IMG/VR virus record: IMGVR_UViG_3300037502_002993
Span: 62,001-126,000 of that record
Length of the DNA: 64,000 bases
Strand: one strand, 5' to 3'
Below, in pieces: positions 1 through 8,465 of this stretch; positions within the stretch are counted from its first letter, which is position 1, and each line of letters opens with the position of its first letter. Both the position numbers and the translations under genes were made by a program. The notes below the pieces were generated by a model. It saw only the letters and a program-made list of their open reading frames with translations, was not told the origin of the DNA and searched no databases.

Positions 1-967
1 AGAGTTGGGTCTCCTTCACCATCTCTTCCAGGTAACGATACTTCCCACCCCTACCGTAGTTGGCTGAGAGGACCGTAAGGGTCTCTTTTAGCAACTGCGG
101 CGGCATGGTGTGCATGGCACTGGCAATCACATCCACTAGCTCCTGCCGGATTAAGCTGCGTTCATTGCGACACACCTGATCCATGTAGCGGATATAGGAA
201 CTAAAACCCCCACGCCGATCGCGCAGGACGGTATCCCCATCCATGTTGATGGTGGTGGCACTCACGCTCTTGTGACGTGTTCCGGCTTCCTTCAGTTTGA
301 TGTACTCATCGTAAAGGGTCTTCACCAACTCACGAATACGCCCCTGGGTGTCAGTGACCGTACGAATGATCATCGGCTCGTCTTCAAATTCCTGTAAAAC
401 CCCCTGATAGATCCGGTTGACTAACAGGTCCTCGCTGCGGGCTTCTAACAGCGCCTTCCAGCTGCCGTAACGTTTCAGGTCAAAGCGTCGGTTCAGACTG
501 GCATAGAGCGCCTGGGCAATCTCTGGGTCTGCCAGATAGCGAAACCGTGGCACCAAAAGACTGGTCAGGAAACGGTAATGTAGTACCATGAAGCAGTGCT
601 TCTGTGCCTCTTTCCTCAGCTGACTGGACAGCCCCTTCTCTTGATTCAATCGATAGACCACATAGACGGGGGTATAATTGAACACATCCCCGCTGACTTT
701 AAAGTCGTGGTTGATGGCACTGGCGTTCTCAAAGTCCTTCTCAAGCAATGTCTCGTCGACATCAAGTACCATGTCGTACCAATAGTCACGATCACTGTCC
801 AGAAAACGTACTGGATGGACACCTAATAATGCCCCACCAAAGAAGGCCGCGTGGTCATCATTGCGGGTCATGAAACGATTGGAGTATTGGATGATGCGCT
901 GACACATCATTCGATCAAACTTGACTTCAGAAAACTGCCGGTCAAAGATCTCTTTTAACGTAGCCAT
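1..967 (-). CDS. Conserved jumbo-phage hypothetical protein (3' end truncated by window edge)
   Basis: Not in the ORF track because no stop lies in the window. Manual translation from ATG at 967 (MATLKEIFDRQFSEVKFDRMMCQRIIQYSNRF...FFGGALLGVHPVRF...) stays open to position 2. Confidence 0.7.
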   Translation of the reverse strand, partial: MATLKEIFDRQFSEVKFDRMMCQRIIQYSNRFMTRNDDHAAFFGGALLGVHPVRFLDSDRDYWYDMVLDVDETLLEKDFENASAINHDFKVSGDVFNYTPVYVVYRLNQEKGLSSQLRKEAQKHCFMVLHYRFLTSLLVPRFRYLADPEIAQALYASLNRRFDLKRYGSWKALLEARSEDLLVNRIYQGVLQEFEDEPMIIRTVTDTQGRIRELVKTLYDEYIKLKEAGTRHKSVSATTINMDGDTVLRDRRGGFSSYIRYMDQVCRNERSLIRQELVDVIASAMHTMPPQLLKETLTVLSANYGRGGKYRYLEEMVKETQL

Positions 968-1547
968 AAGAAGGGGGTATCCATATCACCAGGTAAGGGG
1001 GATCGTCAAACGATCAGGCATCATCGTATCTCATCTGTCTACACCACATCTTAAAATTTGACCGCGCGCCGGGCCGCGGCGTCACTCCCAGCCCTTGGCA
1101 AGGTGCGTTAGCACAATGGGTTGTTGGGGTTAGACAAATAAACCATTGGAGTCCTCTCATCGGGTTAATCCCATTTATGAGAGGACTCTATGGGAAGGAA
1201 TGAGAACAGGACGTTGACCTTATAGAAACGGATGAGCTTGTCTCATCCTTCCTTAGCTTTTATCTTTTGATGTAGAAAAATACTGAAAATATTTATAATT
1301 TGGATAAAAGCCGACTGAGCGAAAGCGAAGGAGAGCCCTGTTTCGGGGGGCCTGGAGGGCCCCCTTTTATTCTTTTATAAATAAACCCCCCTCTTATGAT
1401 GGAAACATAGCAGTATTTTACCAATGGAGAGGAAACGGTAATAGAGGCCCCCATCAAGGGGCCCATTATGCCGTATGAATCGAAGGGGGTAGCCAAAAAA
1501 AGAAAGGGTGTAAGGGGAGTCCCCACCAAAGGGACTCCAATGTGAAT

Positions 1548-2207
1548 TCAGGAAGAGCGTTTAATCTTTGCAATAACGTCAGTGATCTGGGCTACCGTAT
1601 GTTGGAACTCCAAAGGAAGATGTGAAGGCATCTGGTGATGTTGGTGGACCTCGTCCAGTGTGTGGAAGTGACCACGGTTGTCGACCCAGCGATAGGGGGT
1701 CAGGTCGCGTTGTTGTTGGTCCGTGAGTGTGGTTCCTGCCGAGGTGACCACAGGAAGGAGGTCAACTAACGCAGATGCGTCCTCAGGCCCCACCATCGTG
1801 AACTGAAATTCATCATCACTGTCGGTGTAAAACAGAGGGCCCAGCGATACGTCTTGACGATGGAAGTTGTAGAGGTGAATCAGACCAGCATCCAATGCTG
1901 ACCACTCCTCAGCTTGGAGGTGATGACGTGTGACTAGTTGTCCTTCTCCACCCAAGACCCCTACAGTGAGCCTCGGGCATTGCAACTGAAAGGAGAACTC
2001 AAGATCTAGAGTGAGGGTTCGGTCCCCGTAAGAGAGGGTTAACCCATAGGCGGATTTACCTGACGCTTTGGCCAGCAACTGATGATGAGTGTTGAGGATC
2101 TGGAAGTGGGCGGACGCTCCCGTTCTGTAGACGCGCACGGTCAGTGGCTGTTCCGACCCCTCTTGGAGCGTGAACACACCTGAAAGAAAGGTTAAGGGAG
2201 TTGGCAT
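1548..2207 (-). CDS. Hypothetical protein
   Basis: 219-aa ORF with AGGAG RBS upstream; no recognisable motif. Confidence 0.6.
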   Translation of the reverse strand: MPTPLTFLSGVFTLQEGSEQPLTVRVYRTGASAHFQILNTHHQLLAKASGKSAYGLTLSYGDRTLTLDLEFSFQLQCPRLTVGVLGGEGQLVTRHHLQAEEWSALDAGLIHLYNFHRQDVSLGPLFYTDSDDEFQFTMVGPEDASALVDLLPVVTSAGTTLTDQQQRDLTPYRWVDNRGHFHTLDEVHQHHQMPSHLPLEFQHTVAQITDVIAKIKRSS

Positions 2208-2333
2208 CGTTTTCTCCTAGTGGGCATAACGCTCTATAATGACGTCTAAGGGCTTTAATACCTCACCCGGTACCCTAGGTGGGTTATGGGGTTAAAACGT
2301 CTCAGAGCGACTTATAGAGCGATCTAGTGGGCA

Positions 2334-3047
2334 TTAAGACGTTAGGATCATATCCGGGTGATCAGAGGGATCAGAAGGACTGAAGAATTGAATAAATTCC
2401 TCGTCGGGTACGTCAGGTAGGGTGGCAAGCGAAACTACCCGCCAGGTGGGGGAGATCCAGAAGAGGCCTTGGAGTTCCTCTTCGCGAAAGACTTCGGGGT
2501 GATGAATCAATCCCTGTACTCCGCTCTGTGAGGGCGAGCCGGGTACATTCAAGGAGTAAATTTCTCTTGCCTCGGTCCTGAGATCGTTCCGTTGCTGATA
2601 GATACCTTGCCCTGCTGGGTGGGGATAAAGACGCATGCTCATGGCACAGCGTCCCCCAATGGGGATCTCCACGTCCATATGGGCCAGCCGGATGCCGGGT
2701 TCGGGACCCCCCTCTGAGTGATCGTTATGCAACGAGACTGCAGTGAGAGGAGGTAGTCTGCCGAGGTAGAGGTGAGGGAACTCCCGTTTGAGATCGAACA
2801 CCATGGGCTTTAACCAATGGCGGTGGGAGATAGCAGCGCTGCGTACCCCATTCGCCATCCCCAGCACCCACTCCCCGTGCGGGGTGGTGATCTGGGAGGA
2901 GTGGTGAACGACATCCCCCTTACGGTCTATGGAATAGTGGATGACAATCTCTTTATACGTGAATTGGGCATCACCGTCCAGCGATTCAGTGTAGACATCA
3001 AACTTCAGGTGTTTGAGAGTGACGTAGCGATTGTGCATATCTAACAT
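2334..3047 (-). CDS. Hypothetical protein
   Basis: Start moved to ATG 3047, which follows GGAGG. An early-promoter-like motif lies at 3078-3096. Confidence 0.6.
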   Translation of the reverse strand: MLDMHNRYVTLKHLKFDVYTESLDGDAQFTYKEIVIHYSIDRKGDVVHHSSQITTPHGEWVLGMANGVRSAAISHRHWLKPMVFDLKREFPHLYLGRLPPLTAVSLHNDHSEGGPEPGIRLAHMDVEIPIGGRCAMSMRLYPHPAGQGIYQQRNDLRTEAREIYSLNVPGSPSQSGVQGLIHHPEVFREEELQGLFWISPTWRVVSLATLPDVPDEEFIQFFSPSDPSDHPDMILTS

Positions 3048-3158
3048 GGCAATACCTCCAATGGGAAATGGCATAATTATAATCTAGGTGTTAATATCGG
3101 TGGACTAGACGACATATTGACCCCCGTACTGGGGGTCAGTATGTCGTAGGTAGAGTGC

Positions 3159-5351
3159 TTAGGTACCGAAGAAGCGTTGGTTCAAACGTCGCTGGAGTTG
3201 TTCGCGACCCCCTACCCCACCAAAGCGGGACAGTTTACTGCGTCGCTGCCGCTCTTCACGAGACTGTTGGACCAAAGCATCAATACCGACCCCACCCAAC
3301 TCAGAGACATCCACTTTCTGGGAGAGTTGACGAAGACGCGCCTCGTACTTGGAGATCATCATGGGGTCCTGTATGGTCTTTAAGTGATCCATGATCTCTT
3401 GGATTTCATCGTAGTACATCTTCGCACGACGCCGTTTGGCCATCTCAATCTCATCCACCCCTTCGTCTTCAGTGGCGCTCTCACTGAAGATCCGCCGTGG
3501 GTCGATCCCGTAGAAGGACAGATTGCGTCCTTTGGTCAGCAGCCAATGGGCGAGCAGTAGAGAAATCAATACATCATCATGCTTGCCGCCACTGTGATCA
3601 ATCCGTCCATTCTTGATGGTCAGCCCCAAGAGCTCCCCAATGAGGGTCTCATCATAAAGCCGCTTACTGCCGTAGCGCAGCACGGAGTTCAAGGCATCAC
3701 CGTACAGGGCATCGCGACTGTTTCGGCCAGACCCCGCGGTGACAAAGCCAAAGTGGCGTTTAAGGCGTTCATAGATGCCTGGATTGCGCTGATGGAGAGG
3801 ACGTTGGATCTCCTTGTACTCACTGGAGAAGTTTTCCGGGTCATCCACAATCCGGTTATAGATCCGACGGAAAGGATCAATGCCGCGCATGGGGAGTTTG
3901 ATAAAGAGTTTGTCCAGAATGGTAATCGCACTGGATTTCCGCTCAGGGATGTAGGTGATGGTGGGGAAGCGTTCAATGAGCTCAGCAATAAAATCACCGA
4001 ACTTATCCAGATTGGTGGCATTGAAACGACCACAACACACCACATCGTGAGAATAGGCGTCTAGGATGACCACCCCAATGGCATCATTATTTCCTCCTAA
4101 TGCTTCTGAGGTGTCATTGCCCATCACAAACCGCCCATTGCCCATGCGGTGGGTAATCTCCGACTCTGGTAGGTACCAACGCAAGATGTAGTTGTTTTCA
4201 GTGATCTCCGTATACAGCGGTTCGCTCTGAGAGGCCTTCACGGTGCGTTTTTCATCCGGTGTCAACGGAGACCCCTCAGCACCTGCTGTCCAGATGTTAA
4301 AGAAGTCACGATCAGCGACCTCACCTCTCGCGGCGTTTTCACGGATCTTACGGTAGAGCCATTCATCACTGTAACCAAGTTGGCGGTGGTTGAAGGCTCC
4401 GTAAATCATCGGCTTGTCACCGGTGCTGTTGGCCTCTACCAACGCCATCAACGCCGCATTGTCAGGACAGTCATAGAAACTATCATTCCAGACTGCTCCA
4501 CTGGTCATGAAATTGTAAGCCGCGGCGCCATCCCGATCCCCCAAGCTACCGGCGGTGGTGGTATAAACGTTCCCGTAATGAGCTCCTGCAGCGGCCGCAC
4601 TGTCACGTGCCGCGCTTCCCGAGGACAGCGCCACAGGAAGGGTCACACCAATATTGGCAATATAACCCATCTCATCGAAGTGGATGGTGGGGGAGGTCAG
4701 ACCACGACCGAGTTTATCCGCCCCCACTCGGTCAGCGCGCCCTACAGCGGTAACGTATTCATTACGCAGGAGAAGGTTGTTAACGTACTCCTTGTTATCT
4801 GCATCATCACGATTGGGGGTGTAGATATATTCAGGAAGGGTGTCACGCATCTCCTTGAGTTCACGGACGGTCTTTTGCTTTAGCGTGTTGTCTTTCGTGA
4901 CCAGGTAGAACGTTGAACGCTGGGCCCAGACATTCACCAGACCGTTCATCAACGTCGTGGTGGACACCGTCTTACCCGTCTGGCGAATTTGAACTAGGCT
5001 GTAATCAATGTGATTAAAATAACTCCAGAACAGTGAGATATTACCACGGTTCGCGCGAAGGGGGACGGGCTCCTGTCCAGAAGCGGGCACCCTAGCCACC
5101 TCCCTTAGAAAATACCAAGGGTTATATTTACATTCAATGCGGATCTTGAACATCTGGTCTTTAGTAAGATCAGGAGAATAGGGGTCCACTCCCTGAAGGT
5201 CAGGCTGGAGAAGAGTGAGGTGAAAATCGGTGTTCTTGACGCCCATCTTCCTCAAGAGAACTGAGAAACGTAACCAGCTTTTGTTTTTAGTCTGGGTGTC
5301 AGCAATGGCGGTGGGGAACTTCTCCCAATCGGAAAGAAACAATACGGGCAT
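3159..5351 (-). CDS. terL: Terminase large subunit (phiKZ gp25-like)
   Basis: N-terminal NPWYFLREVARVP, Walker A RQTGKT, Walker B IHFDE and C-terminal nuclease motifs (GNDTSE, HDD). Lies next to the gp26-28/sheath/tube block. Start moved to MPVLFLSDW. Confidence 0.9.
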   Translation of the reverse strand: MPVLFLSDWEKFPTAIADTQTKNKSWLRFSVLLRKMGVKNTDFHLTLLQPDLQGVDPYSPDLTKDQMFKIRIECKYNPWYFLREVARVPASGQEPVPLRANRGNISLFWSYFNHIDYSLVQIRQTGKTVSTTTLMNGLVNVWAQRSTFYLVTKDNTLKQKTVRELKEMRDTLPEYIYTPNRDDADNKEYVNNLLLRNEYVTAVGRADRVGADKLGRGLTSPTIHFDEMGYIANIGVTLPVALSSGSAARDSAAAAGAHYGNVYTTTAGSLGDRDGAAAYNFMTSGAVWNDSFYDCPDNAALMALVEANSTGDKPMIYGAFNHRQLGYSDEWLYRKIRENAARGEVADRDFFNIWTAGAEGSPLTPDEKRTVKASQSEPLYTEITENNYILRWYLPESEITHRMGNGRFVMGNDTSEALGGNNDAIGVVILDAYSHDVVCCGRFNATNLDKFGDFIAELIERFPTITYIPERKSSAITILDKLFIKLPMRGIDPFRRIYNRIVDDPENFSSEYKEIQRPLHQRNPGIYERLKRHFGFVTAGSGRNSRDALYGDALNSVLRYGSKRLYDETLIGELLGLTIKNGRIDHSGGKHDDVLISLLLAHWLLTKGRNLSFYGIDPRRIFSESATEDEGVDEIEMAKRRRAKMYYDEIQEIMDHLKTIQDPMMISKYEARLRQLSQKVDVSELGGVGIDALVQQSREERQRRSKLSRFGGVGGREQLQRRLNQRFFGT

Positions 5352-5619
5352 CTCACTACACTCCAACTCTGGCGTATAAGGGGACAACGCGCTCTTCTAA
5401 GCGGCGCTATGGGCTAAGAGGTATCTATATCATCTTCACTGCCAGTGTAGCTTAGACGGGCAAATAGGTTGTTTTGAAGGAGGTGGTACAGCCAACGGCA
5501 TAACACTCTCCCCGAAGGGAGAGCACTTCATGCTCAACGATGTCGTCCGAGTTGAATGATGACAATAGCAAATGACACCATCACCAACCCAAAGGAAAAC
5601 GCTACCCCACCTAAGAACG

Positions 5620-5979
5620 TCATACGACCCCCTCACTTAAGAGACACGCCTTACAGAAACACTTCCCACTGTAGAAGTCGTGACCATCCCGGTTGCTCGT
5701 TTCGAACATACACCAACAGTCCTGAGCAGGTGCACCCGCATCTATCGCACAGTAGGTCATGGTTTGACAGTTCGGGCAAGCATGGGTGACCTTAGGCCGT
5801 ACGGCACGCGACGCCAGCTGTTCAAGTACTTTCATGCGCTCTGACATACTCAACCGACTCCAAGTAGCAATTTCTTGACGGGTGCGAAGACACCCACTAC
5901 AATACTGATTGTCTACAAGATGACACTGCCGAGTACAGGGAGAGAGGGGGTCTTTCTTGGGCGGGGTTTTTCGTTTCAT
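5620..5979 (-). CDS. DUF1289-like plus Cys-rich CWC-like fusion protein
   Basis: SPCTRQC...CSGCLRTRQEIATW matches the DUF1289 pattern; it is followed by CPNC...CWC...CFCKAC. Start overlaps the upstream stop. Confidence 0.7.
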   Translation of the reverse strand: MKRKTPPKKDPLSPCTRQCHLVDNQYCSGCLRTRQEIATWSRLSMSERMKVLEQLASRAVRPKVTHACPNCQTMTYCAIDAGAPAQDCWCMFETSNRDGHDFYSGKCFCKACLLSEGVV

Positions 5980-6737
5980 TAGGTAATGAGTTCCAACACC
6001 GGACGCCAGCTGTTGTAGCTGTTAGTGGCGGTCGTGGACGCGTCATTCGCGGTGGCGGCATTAAAAGCAATCCCCGATGCACCACCATACCGAACTCGGT
6101 TAGACGTGCTGGCAGCTACTGTCTCAACTGCCCAAGGCCACCGTGGACTACTGACTGTCCCACCACCACCAATAGATTCAGCGCTATAAGAAGCTAACTC
6201 ACCATTGAGAAGTTTTACAAAGACGTTAGTTAATTCACCACCTGCCCCGCTTTCAGGGTTGGTATTTGATGCATACAGCAGGCGAGAGCTAAAAGTTGCC
6301 TCGCCAATTATTAACTGAGTGCCATGCACCGCACCGGCCACGTTAATGGAATTCCAAGAAATTCCTCCACGAATGGGTTTTTTTGCAATGTAGAGTATTT
6401 TATTATAACTAGCGACTTTAAGCCAAGCAGATTCGGCATTATTAATCAGTGTCCCAGCACTCACCCCTAGGACACTGCTTAGATCTGAATAACTGATGAA
6501 CTCCTCCGGCCCAATTTCCCCGTAAAACCCCGCCTGTTCGTCTCCCGCGATTAACTCAGTTGGCCCTGGCCCTGTGATGGGAACATACGCCCGTTCTCCT
6601 AGACACTCAAACCCACCATGAATTCCATCCAAATGAAACCGTAAGGCTTTCTTTTCTAAATCAACGGAGAGCATTCCTTCGGGGAGCGCCAAGGCGTTGT
6701 TAAAGGTCGTATCACCGTGGATTAACTTAGTCTTCAT
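5979..6737 (-). CDS. Mtd-like tail receptor-binding protein (Mtd_N-like N-terminus, CLec-like C-terminus)
   Basis: N-terminus resembles the BPP-1 Mtd N-domain (..VD..K...R....GGF). Shares GFYGE...WLK...LYIAKKP...SW and terminal WRPVLEL with ORFs 53278-54207 and 54218-55111. Confidence 0.65.
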   Translation of the reverse strand: MKTKLIHGDTTFNNALALPEGMLSVDLEKKALRFHLDGIHGGFECLGERAYVPITGPGPTELIAGDEQAGFYGEIGPEEFISYSDLSSVLGVSAGTLINNAESAWLKVASYNKILYIAKKPIRGGISWNSINVAGAVHGTQLIIGEATFSSRLLYASNTNPESGAGGELTNVFVKLLNGELASYSAESIGGGGTVSSPRWPWAVETVAASTSNRVRYGGASGIAFNAATANDASTTATNSYNSWRPVLELIT

Positions 6738-6789
6738 ACTTCCTCCGTCAGAGAGCGGTCCCCTAAAGGACCGCTCTCGGGTTTATGCC

Positions 6790-8457
6790 TTAAGTGACAA
6801 GCTGACGTACCGGCAGCGCACTCATGCCGAGTTGCAAATCAACCCCATCAGCCATCCGACGAATCCAGTGGATGTAAACCAACTGTCCATCTTGCAAGTC
6901 ATTATTCACCGTCAGGGTCTCGTTGAATTGCTCCACCTCATACTCGTAGGTGTTGTTAGCAAATGCCAAGCGGAAGTGAGTCGGAGTCGGAGCACTGCCT
7001 TCTGTATGGATGTTGATCAGTGGCTCAGTGCGCTCGTACACCACCCTCAGCCAGGTCTCCACACTCGGGTAGCTGTTATCGATGCGAAGGTTCCAATGGT
7101 TGGTGTTGACGTACTCCAGGGCCGCCACCAGTCCTCGACCATAGCCATCCACTTGATCGCTAGTGAAGTAGACAATCCAGTTATCGGCGTGGCTGTCCCC
7201 TCGCGCGAGCAGCGCAATCTGGAAGTTCTGCACATGGCGATACGGAGCAAACCGACTATCCACACGGTTGATGTCAAGTGCTACCGTCAGGGTCTGCACA
7301 CTGCCATAGTCCAGCGGACGGAACGGTGCTGAGGTGGAGCCCCACTCCACGTAAGGCGTGGCGTTGTAGTAAGTCTGTCGGTCCAGGTTGTACAGCCAGA
7401 ACTCCAACCGATACCCCACCTCCGGAGACACCCATACCGGGAAGATGAACAGCTTGACCTCATAGCTACCGTCGACAGGCGTAGTACGTGCTCGATACGG
7501 GACAACCAGTGATCGGTTAGCGCTGGGTTCGAGGTTATAGCTGACTTCATCCGCTCCCAGCTGATAGCGAAGACCCATCGGGAAGGTCTGTCCTACGTTG
7601 GTCGCTACGTAGTTACGCAGGCCCATCAGGGTAAACTTATTCCCATCGATGGGGTAGCGCTGCCGGCTACCGTCACTGTAGAAAACCACCGCGCTCATCG
7701 GCAGGGATTCCACGGTGACATTGATCGGGAACTCAATGACAAACGGATCAGCATCACTCAAGAAGGGACTCTCAATGGCAATCCCTTTCACGTAGCGTTT
7801 GCTCTGATCGGTCATGCGGATCACTTCGGTGTTGCGCACGATCAACTGCGCGATCGAGTGAGGGCCGCCATCATCCGTGTAAGCCACCACAGTGACCCGT
7901 TCCCCATCTTGAAGGGGCTCGGTGGTGTAACCCACCATGGGGACTTTGGCATTACGGATGACCTCACCGTTGGGCTGAACTACTTCAGAGGTCTCAAAGG
8001 GGATCATCGTCCCTAAGAAGTTCCCGGAGTTGTCCTGAAACGAGGAGATTACCTTCCCGTGCACTTCTGAGATATCACTGCCCAGAAATACCTTGTAGCC
8101 ATCGAGCATACTGCCACGGAAATAGATTCGTGCATCAGGGGCCATGACGTGAGGCGTGACACTGCGATCGACAAAGAGTCGCCAGCTCTCAGAGCTATAA
8201 CCGGGGCCAAGTGCAGTGAGAATATCCCCCGCATCATCCCCAGCATCCACTGGCTGTGGCATGACCCAAGGCGCTAGTACCGAAATGCCCGTGGTGTAGT
8301 CCACTTCCTGAACGATGAAAAAACCCGCGTCTTTGTCAAACACCAGGTCCCCTGGATTGGGGACCCACTGTCCATTTCCGGTGGCGGTGACAATCTCACC
8401 CCGCGCCCATGTCCGAAACCCGCGATCGGGATTTCGAAAATGTGTGGTCGTCTCCAT
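6790..8457 (-). CDS. Virion structural protein (positional equivalent of phiKZ gp26)
   Basis: 555-aa ORF in the conserved terminase-gp26-gp27-gp28-sheath-tube order. Confidence 0.7.
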   Translation of the reverse strand: METTTHFRNPDRGFRTWARGEIVTATGNGQWVPNPGDLVFDKDAGFFIVQEVDYTTGISVLAPWVMPQPVDAGDDAGDILTALGPGYSSESWRLFVDRSVTPHVMAPDARIYFRGSMLDGYKVFLGSDISEVHGKVISSFQDNSGNFLGTMIPFETSEVVQPNGEVIRNAKVPMVGYTTEPLQDGERVTVVAYTDDGGPHSIAQLIVRNTEVIRMTDQSKRYVKGIAIESPFLSDADPFVIEFPINVTVESLPMSAVVFYSDGSRQRYPIDGNKFTLMGLRNYVATNVGQTFPMGLRYQLGADEVSYNLEPSANRSLVVPYRARTTPVDGSYEVKLFIFPVWVSPEVGYRLEFWLYNLDRQTYYNATPYVEWGSTSAPFRPLDYGSVQTLTVALDINRVDSRFAPYRHVQNFQIALLARGDSHADNWIVYFTSDQVDGYGRGLVAALEYVNTNHWNLRIDNSYPSVETWLRVVYERTEPLINIHTEGSAPTPTHFRLAFANNTYEYEVEQFNETLTVNNDLQDGQLVYIHWIRRMADGVDLQLGMSALPVRQLVT

Positions 8458-8465
8458 GATCTCTC

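Noticed and set aside
3159-5351. Intein or intron in terminase or helicase
   Set aside because: No splice-junction motifs or homing endonuclease inserts were seen, and lengths are ordinary.
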